From an uncultured archaeon (GTDB taxonomy: Archaea; Asgardarchaeota; Heimdallarchaeia; Heimdallarchaeales; Kariarchaeaceae), in the NCBI GenBank assembly GCA_964645535.1, contig CAZYCQ010000025.1:1-43191 (forward strand): a stretch of 43,191 nt of DNA, read 5' to 3'. Below the pieces are notes generated by a model, which was given only the letters and a program-made list of their open reading frames with translations, ran no database searches and was not told the DNA's origin. This document shows positions 1 through 9,976 of this stretch, in pieces. A program made the position numbers and the translations under genes. Numbering within the stretch: the stretch's first letter is position 1; every line of letters starts with the position of its first letter.

Positions 1-108
1 ATGATTGAGGATCAAGGAAAGATGATTGAGCAGATAGACAAGAAAATAACGAAAACACAGCAGCAATTGGATACCTTGATTAAGCTCCTATCCGAGAAGC
101 TTGAATGA
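1..108 (+). CDS. Probable 3' end of a gene entering from the left edge (coiled-coil C-terminus)
   Basis: Frame 1 reads MIEDQGKMIEQIDKKITKTQQQLDTLIKLLSEKLE* with TGA at 106-108; heptad-like pattern. Rest of gene not visible. Confidence 0.55.
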   Translation: MIEDQGKMIEQIDKKITKTQQQLDTLIKLLSEKLE

Positions 109-114
109 AGGGAA

Positions 115-470
115 TCATTTCCTAGGGTAGAGATGTCCTGACAGATTTCTTTTTCGCGTCAGTTTCTTGATGACTGCATAGGCAGAAAATACTGTCAGAG
201 TGGTGGCTCCGATGACGATTCTTGAATTGGGAAAGGAGGTGATGTCCTTTGGGTCATAGCCGTCTTGGAGTTCCTCAAGATCGATATAGGTGTATCGGAG
301 TCCTGGCGCGAGGGATCGATTTCGATTTGGTTTTCGTAATAGTCTGCGAAACAGTCAAGGTCGCCATCCACATCAATGATGCTGTTTGTTTGATATTGGT
401 CCCCCTTTCATCCTTTCCAATAGATTTGACCTCCAAGTGTGTTTGCGGTCAGAACATATGGGATTTCGTT
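115..470 (-). pseudogene. Degraded remnant of a surface protein with DxDxD (bacterial TSP3-like Ca-binding) repeats and C-terminal membrane anchor
   Basis: Minus strand reads ...QIYWKG*KGDQYQTNSIIDVDGDLDCFADYYENQIEIDPSRQDSD, then after a frameshift near 292 TYIDLEELQDGYDPKDITSFPNSRIVIGATTLTVFSAYAVIKKLTRKR...*. In-frame TGA at 410-408. Confidence 0.6.
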
Positions 471-543
471 CTATTGGAGGATCAGAGTAGGACATGGCTT
501 GTCAGATATTGAATGACGTTGAAGTCTCACCAAAATTATCCCA

Positions 544-1266
544 TCAACTGGGGAATTCAATTCCCGAGATTTTCGCTAGGGCATGCAGGAGATCTTCCTG
601 CTTAGTTGCATCATCAGCCAACTGGTTGTAGGTCGACTCCTTCAAATGGTAGAAGTATTTTCCGGTAACAAGAGCCTCTGATTGATTACTGATAGCCAAC
701 CAAACCTGAGTGTCAACACCTTTTTGAAGATCATCAGGAGCCCCACTTCCGCCCATCTTTGTTGGCACCCATCCCGGATTGACAGAATTAACGTACACAG
801 CAGGCCATTTTCTCGCGACTGCGTTGGCGAAAACAAGCAGGAGGAGTTTGGAATCGGAATAGGAAACCCCTTTCATGAGATCTTTAGTGAAAAATCGACC
901 ACCCAGATGCATCGCCGAATTCATGTAGATCAACCTTTTTGGTTTTTGTATAAGACAGGTCAAGATGTAGGGAGCAAGGAGATTCACCTTGAAGATCAAT
1001 GAACGATCGGCATGGTATACTCCAGCATTGTGAATTATGCTGTCAAACGAACCGAAGGCATTGACTTCGTTTGCCATGGCAGTGGTTTCCTCAACATTGG
1101 AAAGGTCAGCGATCACTACATCCATGGCATTGGGGAGTTGTTGCATGATCTTGTCAGCTCTTTTCTGATTTCGGGCATGAAGGAGCACTTCATGTCCCTT
1201 TGCTAGAAGATCCTGAGCTGCAAGTTTCCCAAGGCCATCAGTGGAGCCAGTGATAAAAACCTTCAT
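544..1266 (-). CDS. Short-chain dehydrogenase/reductase (SDR) oxidoreductase
   Basis: TGSTDGLG Rossmann motif, HNAG, YSDSK (YxxxK), NPGWVPT. ATG 1266 (GTG 1269 alternative). Confidence 0.92.
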   Translation of the reverse strand: MKVFITGSTDGLGKLAAQDLLAKGHEVLLHARNQKRADKIMQQLPNAMDVVIADLSNVEETTAMANEVNAFGSFDSIIHNAGVYHADRSLIFKVNLLAPYILTCLIQKPKRLIYMNSAMHLGGRFFTKDLMKGVSYSDSKLLLLVFANAVARKWPAVYVNSVNPGWVPTKMGGSGAPDDLQKGVDTQVWLAISNQSEALVTGKYFYHLKESTYNQLADDATKQEDLLHALAKISGIEFPS

Positions 1267-1421
1267 CACAGGGTTTCATCTATGTTTTTCATAAGTCTTG
1301 AGATGGGGGTTCCCATCATTTGCGATCGTCCTAGCGAAGTGGCGGTGAAGATGAAGAATCGGATTGTGTGGGAACGTAAGGGAGGAACTTAGAAGATGCA
1401 TTCCGATGGAAATTGGAAGAG

Positions 1422-1952
1422 TCATTTTTCCCGATCTTCGAGGAGGATTCTCATGACACCGATGACTTGCGATGCCAGAAGTTCCCTGTCGCCAAGAGAC
1501 GCGTATGCTGTTGGGAGAGTGGTTTTAATGGCCGTCAGGTAATCTTCGGGAATATCAAGTTTTGCCCCGAGAAATGCAATGGCATCCCCCTGCAAGGAGA
1601 TGGTTGAGAAAGGTGATGCATCTTTTTGGAGGATGAGGGCTGTTCTTTGGGTAAAGCCTTCAAGGAATTCATTGAATGTGGTTTCCGTAAAGTGGCGGTT
1701 CCAATTTTTTTGGAGAACGGCTGCAAGGGCGATCTCATCGAGCATGTCATAGTCATAATCATTTCTGTGAAGGGTCAGTATCCCTCCTTGGGTGAATACG
1801 GCATGGAATCTCTCAATTGTGGCAGATCCATTCCTTAATGCTGCAAGGGCATTTCTCATGATGATGTCGATTCTCTTATGTCCTTCAAGGTTTTTGAGCG
1901 AATATCTGTTGTTGGGTATGGCATGGGTTACGACTGCAACATCAATATTCAT
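1422..1952 (-). CDS. trmY: SPOUT methyltransferase, tRNA (pseudouridine54-N1)-methyltransferase TrmY-like
   Basis: N-terminal GHKRIDIIMRNALAAL resembles TrmY GRLDxxxR; C-terminal trefoil-knot motifs FLGAKLDI and SLGDRELLASQVI. Divergent. Confidence 0.7.
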   Translation of the reverse strand: MNIDVAVVTHAIPNNRYSLKNLEGHKRIDIIMRNALAALRNGSATIERFHAVFTQGGILTLHRNDYDYDMLDEIALAAVLQKNWNRHFTETTFNEFLEGFTQRTALILQKDASPFSTISLQGDAIAFLGAKLDIPEDYLTAIKTTLPTAYASLGDRELLASQVIGVMRILLEDREK

Positions 1953-2646
1953 CTAGTTTGAGGGGTTCCTTCATCGTATTTTTATTATTCTGTTGGATCG
2001 GGATCTTGATGAGGAAGTTGCAGCTTGGCAATTCCCCGGGGGAATGGTCAATCCATCGAACAAATGAGTTGACATTGTAGACAAAATCAGTGGTTGCCTT
2101 CAGTGTACCTTGGACCATGGAACAGGATTTTCCGCTTTCATCCTCCCCATTGCACAGGCATGGGGAAACCTTTGCCTTGAAGGTGGTGAATTGTGTCTGT
2201 TCTACCTTCTGAAGCTCGATTGAGGTAATTGGTTTAATGGATCCGTCCGTGTCATAGTTGTATTCAATGAAAGGAAAGGCGAGAGAGAGAAGCTCTTGAA
2301 ACTCTTTCGGATCTTTTCGTGCCTGATGAACGTTCTTGGGATTGACGGATTCGTTGAGGAGGTTGTGGACGAAATCATAGCCCAGGTGTTGGGCAACAGC
2401 CTTGTTTGGAAGTGCCTTAGCCATTTTTCGGTAGAACTGGTTGATCCTGTTGGCATAGAAGTTTCGTGTCCGGTGTGTTCCAGTCTGGTAAACCTGTTTT
2501 TTTGCTGCAAGGTTGCTGAGAATATTTCGGACAGTGTTCCTGTGATATCCACTGATATCACCGATTTCTTGGACAGAGAGGGTCATCGGAAGCTTGTTCA
2601 GGATGAGCCTTATCTTTTCGGTATTTGAAAGGCAGTGATGACCCAT
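1942..2646 (-). CDS. HTH transcriptional regulator with C-terminal V4R-like Cys-containing sensor domain
   Basis: HTH LSVQEIGDISGYHRNTVRNILSNL; C-terminal SPCLC...SCSMVQGTLKA...CNFLI pattern of V4R-type domains. Confidence 0.65.
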   Translation of the reverse strand: MGHHCLSNTEKIRLILNKLPMTLSVQEIGDISGYHRNTVRNILSNLAAKKQVYQTGTHRTRNFYANRINQFYRKMAKALPNKAVAQHLGYDFVHNLLNESVNPKNVHQARKDPKEFQELLSLAFPFIEYNYDTDGSIKPITSIELQKVEQTQFTTFKAKVSPCLCNGEDESGKSCSMVQGTLKATTDFVYNVNSFVRWIDHSPGELPSCNFLIKIPIQQNNKNTMKEPLKLDEY

Positions 2647-2656
2647 GAATCATCCC

Positions 2657-2947
2657 TTAACTTTCCTGTTCAAGGACTTTTTTTGCTTCTTGAATGTGTG
2701 CTTCGAGGAGACTTGGTTCCATCATTGGATTGAGGGTATAGAAAACAGACCTCATATCTTCGAGATTGGGAATTTCAGAGATGATTCCTTCTTCAGACAA
2801 TCTTTTAAGAGCATACCTAACGGTTTTTGCGGGCATGCTCACTTTCATGATGAGTTCCTTTTGAGTAAGGGGTGAGTTCTCAGCAAGTGCGGTGATCAGT
2901 TTTTTTGATGATTTTGGAAGTTTGGGCAATTTATATTGCTGTGACAT
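2657..2947 (-). CDS. Small winged-helix (MarR/ArsR-like) transcriptional regulator
   Basis: LTQKELIMKVSMPAKTVRYALKRLSEEGII plus wing PNLEDMRSVFY. ATG 2947 preferred over GTG 2956 (GGTGA SD-like there). Confidence 0.85.
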   Translation of the reverse strand: MSQQYKLPKLPKSSKKLITALAENSPLTQKELIMKVSMPAKTVRYALKRLSEEGIISEIPNLEDMRSVFYTLNPMMEPSLLEAHIQEAKKVLEQES

Positions 2948-2952
2948 AATTT

Positions 2953-2969
2953 TCACCGAATTCGCACAA
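2953..2969. promoter_or_regulatory. Candidate operator copy 1 (partial palindrome)
   Basis: tcacCGAATTCGCACAA; 12 of 16 positions match TGTGCGAATTNGCACA; overlaps the SD region of the wHTH gene. Confidence 0.55.
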
Positions 2970-3036
2970 CTTTATGCAAACTCATATGAGAAGATGCAAT
3001 AAATATTTTTAAATTTTTTGATAAATCCCACTTTTT

Positions 3037-3054
3037 ATGTGCGAATTTGCACAA
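3037..3054. promoter_or_regulatory. Candidate operator copy 2
   Basis: ATGTGCGAATTTGCACAA, near-perfect palindrome in divergent intergenic region. Confidence 0.7.
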
Positions 3055-3138
3055 TTTGACGGGGAGAATTGTTAAAGAATAGTTCCATGTAAAATGGAAA
3101 GGATACACAGAATCCCGATATCAGCAAAAACACCAGAC

Positions 3139-3156
3139 ATGTGCGAATTAGCACAA
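3139..3156. promoter_or_regulatory. Candidate operator copy 3
   Basis: ATGTGCGAATTAGCACAA, 17/18 identical to copy 2, 102 bp away. Confidence 0.7.
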
Positions 3157-3236
3157 GTGAACCAATAGGATCGTACCGACTGATCTTCCTATATTCCGAT
3201 AGCTTTTTTACACGGCACTCTAGGCAGGAACTGAGA

Positions 3237-4205
3237 ATGACGGAATCGGACGAGTTACGCAGGTTGGCGGATTCAGTGGGAGACAAACTGGTAGATTCTG
3301 TCATCATCGGGCATCAGAGTTCGGAAGGTCTGCTTATCCTCAAAGGAGCTCGTACCGATGGTGACAAGTGGAGAATTCAGGTGATCACCATTTCAGGCGT
3401 AATGTCGATAAGTACAAGAGTACCTTCGCGGCAATTGAGAAGGTATGGGGCAAATGCACTGAGGTTTCTTGACGAAGAGGAATTCATCGCGAGAGTAGGA
3501 ACTTGGCAGGATCCCTTAAACCAGGCGTTAGGAATACAAATGCTTCTGTATTCAGGGCGTACGATAGAGGCAGTAGGGAACCTTTCGGTGGAAATCATTG
3601 ATGGAGAAATGGCAGAGAAGACCTATAATGTTCCAAATGAAGTTGCACTCCCCAAACCTTCAGTACAGATTGGTCATAAGGCATCCGCTCCAATTCCGAC
3701 ACCTGTAGAAGAAAAAGAGGAGATTGAATCCAAGACAGAGGTTGCAAATATTCCCATACAGGATCTTCCGAAAGATCAGACCACACCTCTTGAAGAACAT
3801 GAATATGCAGTGGCAGAAGCTCATGCAAAAATTACAGATGAAATCGACCGCGATGGTCAAAGAGAATGGATGAAGGCGCACCAAGAATTGTCCGAAGAGA
3901 TGGCAGAGGCAGAAAATGATGACGAAGAGCCAAGAATTGATGAGAAACTGACAGACACTCTTGATTCCAAATCCAATCAAGAGAAATTTTGGGCGGATCC
4001 ATCAGCCCCAATGGATCAGGGGTTCAAAGAGGTTGAAGAGGAAGACATTATTCAAGCCATTGACCGGGAGTTGGAGGAAGTCGAAAGAAAGGTCAAGGTT
4101 CAATTCGGAAAGAACGGGGAGAGACCCCAAGTTCCATTGAGACCAGAAGATCTTGACAGATTGACAAACCAACTTGAAGACAGTGGGCAAGATGATCAGA
4201 ATTGA
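3237..4205 (+). CDS. Hypothetical protein: ~125-aa alpha/beta N-terminal domain plus long acidic, probably disordered tail
   Basis: Long ORF; ATG 3237 (MTESDEL) preferred because the upstream extension runs through the operator region; E/D/P-rich C-terminal two thirds. Confidence 0.75.
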   Translation: MTESDELRRLADSVGDKLVDSVIIGHQSSEGLLILKGARTDGDKWRIQVITISGVMSISTRVPSRQLRRYGANALRFLDEEEFIARVGTWQDPLNQALGIQMLLYSGRTIEAVGNLSVEIIDGEMAEKTYNVPNEVALPKPSVQIGHKASAPIPTPVEEKEEIESKTEVANIPIQDLPKDQTTPLEEHEYAVAEAHAKITDEIDRDGQREWMKAHQELSEEMAEAENDDEEPRIDEKLTDTLDSKSNQEKFWADPSAPMDQGFKEVEEEDIIQAIDRELEEVERKVKVQFGKNGERPQVPLRPEDLDRLTNQLEDSGQDDQN

Positions 4206-4833
4206 AGCAAATGGAGAAGTTCTGAAAGTCTGGATCAATCGTCCAGAAAAGAGGAATGCCATTTCATCACGAGTAATGGAGGATCTGGAAACAGTTTGTG
4301 AAAAAATTGAGAAAGAAAGAAAGTTCAAGGCTCTGATCCTGACAGGGGAAGGAAAAGTGTTTTCTGCAGGAGCAGATCTTAAAGAGATAGCAACATTGTT
4401 CGGAAAGGCAAAGCATGAGTTCACACAGCGTGCACAATTGCTCTTACAGCGTATTGAACAACTACCTCTTTTGACATTGGCGGCGATCAATGGACATGCG
4501 TTTGGAGGAGGTTTGGAATTGGCCTTGGCTTGTGATCTCAGGTTCATTGTTCCAGGAGCAAAGATTGGATTAACAGAGGTTCGGTTGGGACTGATCCCTG
4601 CATGGGGAGGAACCCAGCGGTTACCGAAGTTGATAAAGCTTGGAAAGGCTAAACAGATGATTCTTCTTGGAGAACCCATTGATGCAACACAAGCTTTGGA
4701 ATTGGGACTGGTTTCCCGTATTTGTTCCCCAGAAAGGTTGATGCAGGAAGCAGAGGAGCTTGCTAGGAGTTTACCCAGCGATGTTGGCAGTCGAAAGGAG
4801 AGTTTTTTAGTTGCCCTTGGCAATTCTTCCTGA
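4192..4833 (+). CDS. Enoyl-CoA hydratase/isomerase (crotonase) family protein, short C-terminus
   Basis: NRPEKRNA, FSAGADL, AINGHAFGGGLELALACD, LTEVRLGLIPAWGGTQRL; both catalytic Glu present. Confidence 0.92.
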   Translation: MIRIEANGEVLKVWINRPEKRNAISSRVMEDLETVCEKIEKERKFKALILTGEGKVFSAGADLKEIATLFGKAKHEFTQRAQLLLQRIEQLPLLTLAAINGHAFGGGLELALACDLRFIVPGAKIGLTEVRLGLIPAWGGTQRLPKLIKLGKAKQMILLGEPIDATQALELGLVSRICSPERLMQEAEELARSLPSDVGSRKESFLVALGNSS

Positions 4834-6024
4834 AACTAGTTGATTGGGAGTCAGTTCAGATTTGGCATCAACAATGGTGCCCGGAAGCAAGGTGATGTTT
4901 GGCCATAGGGTTGAATGGGGACCGATCACTGCTCCAAACTTTGGAAGAGGAACTTCAACATCCTTGTTTTGGAGGATCGCACGGATTGTTCCCTTAGGTT
5001 TGTTGACGGTGACACATCCCGCATGGACGGTGGCGTTTTCCCCAAGGACACTGTCACCAATGAAGCACAATCTTGAGACATTTGACCCTCTCATGAGGGT
5101 TGATCCCTTGATTTCGCTTCCCATTCCGATTTTGGAACCTTCCTCAATAACAACGCCTTTCCTGATGAGGGCGTTGTTGCCGATGAAGACATTCTTACCG
5201 ATGTAAGCAGGTCCCCTGATGACAGTACCATGGAGGATGGTGGCACCTTCTTGGATAATGACAGGCCCAGTTATCTGGGTATTGCTTTCGATGGTGGCAG
5301 ATGGGTGAATGATGGTATTGGTCAGAGTTTCGAGGACAAGACGATTTGCAAGCAGGATATCCCATGGTTGACCAACATCAACCCAAGGCTCGGTCCAGAC
5401 CCCACAAGCCACTTTTCCTCCGTCATTGATATAGTGGTTAAATGCTTCATTGAAGGGAAGACCTTGTTCGAGGTATGGAAAGATGGCAGGGGTAAGGACA
5501 AAAGTACCTGCAATCACATAGTTTCCTTCTCGAACTTCGGCTTCTTCATAGACATGTCTGAGAAATCCTTGAGCATCAAGGGTAACTACACCAAATTCTG
5601 CAAGTTGTGACTGCAATGCTACTGCAATGGCCATATCTGCCCCGAGATTGTCCATGGCATTTAATGTACGCGTTATGAGACCGATGTCGGACATGATATC
5701 CGTATGTTGCAGGACAAACATGGATTCATCTTTGAAGTAGGGGATGATCATCTTGATAGCTTCATTGATACCGATTTTTGAGGGAGGTTGTTTGACATAG
5801 CGAAGTTTGACACCATAGTTTTCTCCAGAACCAAGAAAATCACGAATCTTATCACCTAGATGTCCAATGACAATAGTTATGTCTACAATGCCATGTTCTC
5901 TTAATTTCTCGATCTGGTAAACAATTAGCGGTTTACCCATAATCGGGATCAATGCTTTTGGTGTTTCGGCAGTCAATGGAAGGAGGTCTTCACCTTTCCC
6001 TGCCGCTAGGATAACTCCTTTCAT
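4807..6024 (-). CDS. Archaeal GlmU-like sugar-phosphate nucleotidyltransferase plus left-handed beta-helix protein, degenerate active-site motifs
   Basis: MKGVILAAGKG...TPKAL N-terminus, WVDVGQPWDILLAN, hexapeptide repeats; directly downstream of glmS. ATG 6024. Confidence 0.85.
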   Translation of the reverse strand: MKGVILAAGKGEDLLPLTAETPKALIPIMGKPLIVYQIEKLREHGIVDITIVIGHLGDKIRDFLGSGENYGVKLRYVKQPPSKIGINEAIKMIIPYFKDESMFVLQHTDIMSDIGLITRTLNAMDNLGADMAIAVALQSQLAEFGVVTLDAQGFLRHVYEEAEVREGNYVIAGTFVLTPAIFPYLEQGLPFNEAFNHYINDGGKVACGVWTEPWVDVGQPWDILLANRLVLETLTNTIIHPSATIESNTQITGPVIIQEGATILHGTVIRGPAYIGKNVFIGNNALIRKGVVIEEGSKIGMGSEIKGSTLMRGSNVSRLCFIGDSVLGENATVHAGCVTVNKPKGTIRAILQNKDVEVPLPKFGAVIGPHSTLWPNITLLPGTIVDAKSELTPNQLVSGRIAKGN

Positions 6025-6068
6025 AATTGACGCGAGGAACGTAATCATTAATGAGTGCTTTGGTGGGA

Positions 6069-7895
<1,827 letters not shown>

Positions 7896-7948
7896 AGAGG
7901 GTTCAACCTTTTTCTATAATTTCTTACAATAGACAGGTCATCCGGGGC

Positions 7949-7964
7949 TATATAAACATTTCAC
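7949..7964 (-). promoter_or_regulatory. Probable BRE/TATA promoter of glmS operon
   Basis: Minus strand GTGAAATGTTTATATA about 55 nt upstream of the glmS ATG. Confidence 0.5.
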
Positions 7965-7998
7965 TATTTTATTCCGTAACAAATCGGAAAAAAGGGCC

Positions 7999-9471
7999 TC
8001 AATTGAGTCCATATCGATTGAAGTCACCATATCTCCGAGTATCGTGATTTGAGGACTGATTTTGGGGGTTTGTGACAAAGGATGGGCGATTATAGCCAAA
8101 CCCCTTCATCTGGTTGGATAACTGATTGCGTTCTTCCTTCAAGCTCAAAATTTGATCCAAGATGGATTGGGGAGGAACTGAGTGGTTGGAATACTCCTTG
8201 ACAAGATAGTCGATTTGCGCGTCAATGTCACCGATGCGGGATCGCAATGCAGAGATGCCTTGACTGATTGGGTACTGATTACGGTTCGAAAAAAAATTCC
8301 CTTCAATCCCACCCTTGATTTCAGAAATTAGATTCTCAATATTTCTTTTCAATATTGAACCATCAGGGCTGTCCATGTCAATAGCATTGATCTTGGCAGG
8401 TCCATTGACAACAAGTTCTTCAGGAGGTTTCTGTCCGACCCATTCAAAATAGCCTGCAATACTGTCCAAAGCTGACGGAGTACCATGAATATGAAGTCTA
8501 GCATTCTTGAACTCCACAATGTAACGAAGACTTTTCAACAATGGAGAAACCAACCTCCTGTTTTGGAGATCTGAATAAGGGAATTTCTTGATTCCAATGT
8601 TCTTTGTGGGATGTTGAGGACAAAGTAACAGACCCCTATCAAGAAAAATCAAGGCTGCCTTGAAACGTTTCCGGGTAAGATTACCTTCCTCAAATTCGAT
8701 ATCAAGATCGGTCAAGGTGGCTACAACACCACTGACAAGCAGATCATCAGGAAAGAAGTGACGGATTTTTTCAAAGTTGGTTCGATGATAGAGTAACATT
8801 TTGAGTTTGGGGGAAACTTCTTCCAATTTTTCCTTGATCTGATCGAAAACAATATCCAACCTCTTTTTGAAAATCTGTATTCTATTTTCAATGGTATTGA
8901 CGTGGGACATGAAAATGGGATAGAGTTCAAGGTCATTCAGGTCATTCGTACGCATTTCCCTCACTACATGATTTGCAGCCTTCTTTATCTTGTCCAGCTC
9001 TTGAACAGACATTTTTGATGCATTTGCCAATTCTTCCTTGAGAGTTGAGAGATCGCTTTCAATTGAGGGATAACCATAGAAACCTGCCCTTCTTCCAATC
9101 CGCACAATTGCAACAATTCTGTCGAAACGTTTGTGGAGACCGAGGAGATAGTGGCCATAGGATTCCAAGGATTGAAGCAGACCTATGAACGATTGAGTAA
9201 TTTCATCCTTGACAGAAAATGGATTGCCAAGGTCAGTTGAGTCACAAAATGGACAATGGACTGTCCGATTGATATTGAAGGGATCGGTCGGCACACCACA
9301 TGTAACGCAATCTTCAAACATTGAGATTTCATCGCAATTTGGGCATTTGAATTCAGGAATGGTCACAACAGAGAGGCATCGCTCACATGCAAGTGAGATG
9401 CAATTCCGGCAGAACAGGACATTTGTCCTACCCTTGCATTTTTTGCACTCTACCGTGAAGCGATCCCTCAT
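7999..9471 (-). CDS. Hypothetical protein: six CxxC zinc-binding region, helical/coiled-coil middle, PH/GRAM-like beta domain, helical tail
   Basis: CKKC, CRNC, CERC, CPNC, CVTC, CPFC in the first ~80 aa; heptad region; ALIFLDRGLLL...FPYSDL...YIVEF...LHIHG pattern. Domain calls by eye. Confidence 0.75.
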   Translation of the reverse strand: MRDRFTVECKKCKGRTNVLFCRNCISLACERCLSVVTIPEFKCPNCDEISMFEDCVTCGVPTDPFNINRTVHCPFCDSTDLGNPFSVKDEITQSFIGLLQSLESYGHYLLGLHKRFDRIVAIVRIGRRAGFYGYPSIESDLSTLKEELANASKMSVQELDKIKKAANHVVREMRTNDLNDLELYPIFMSHVNTIENRIQIFKKRLDIVFDQIKEKLEEVSPKLKMLLYHRTNFEKIRHFFPDDLLVSGVVATLTDLDIEFEEGNLTRKRFKAALIFLDRGLLLCPQHPTKNIGIKKFPYSDLQNRRLVSPLLKSLRYIVEFKNARLHIHGTPSALDSIAGYFEWVGQKPPEELVVNGPAKINAIDMDSPDGSILKRNIENLISEIKGGIEGNFFSNRNQYPISQGISALRSRIGDIDAQIDYLVKEYSNHSVPPQSILDQILSLKEERNQLSNQMKGFGYNRPSFVTNPQNQSSNHDTRRYGDFNRYGLN

Positions 9472-9536
9472 CAATCAAACTAAGCTACTGAACCTATAAA
9501 AAGAGAGTAATACTCACAAAACACTGAGAAATTATT

Positions 9537-9809
9537 TTACGATTTTCTATGCTTCTTCGATCGAATCTTGACTTGTCCAAAGTGAATTGCACAACTGACG
9601 CAATAGGTTTGTGTTTCTCTCCTCCTTGGTAGGATGGCACCAGCCTTTCTCAGCTCTTGTGCCATTCGAGGATCGACAACACTGATATATCGAGTCCGTT
9701 TCTTTGCCTTGTCGGCAGGGACATTCCTTCCGCAGTTGTCACATTGGACATTTCCAGCCCTTCCCTTCGAACCGCCAGATCTTCCGCCGGTTCGTCTCTT
9801 TTTCGTCAT
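9537..9809 (-). CDS. rps26e: 30S ribosomal protein S26e (eS26)
   Basis: MTKKRRTGGRS, VQCDNCGRNVPADKA, YCVSCAIH...VKIRSK. Confidence 0.96.
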   Translation of the reverse strand: MTKKRRTGGRSGGSKGRAGNVQCDNCGRNVPADKAKKRTRYISVVDPRMAQELRKAGAILPRRRETQTYCVSCAIHFGQVKIRSKKHRKS

Positions 9810-9976
9810 TAAAGCATCGCCTCTTGAGGTTGCATAGGTTTCTATCCAACCCTTCCTTTTTTAAACTTCAGTTAAATGCAGATGAAAATTCATCCTACAA
9901 ATTACAGTTAGCAGGTTGTTATTTAATAGGTCACTTCACTAAAAGGCTTATCTATTATGTTGTAACAATAGATGTA

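Noticed and set aside
249-512. 87-aa plus-strand ORF
   Set aside because: TTG start, no recognisable motifs; the opposite strand carries a recognisable pseudogene relic.
1302-1317. Hairpin GATGGG-ggtt-CCCATC upstream of the SDR gene
   Set aside because: Only 6 bp, single copy, no U-tract; cannot be told from chance.
3141-3236. N-terminal extension of the 354-aa ORF
   Set aside because: It starts inside operator copy 3; ATG 3237 is more plausible.
4002-4823. 273-aa minus-strand ORF
   Set aside because: Antisense shadow of the enoyl-CoA hydratase gene.
9581-9594. GTGAATTGCACAA resembling the operator
   Set aside because: Lies in rps26e codons for the conserved CAIH motif and has different spacing.
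9704-9976. Upstream extension of the PLD ORF
   Set aside because: Overlaps rps26e; the signal peptide begins at ATG 9977.
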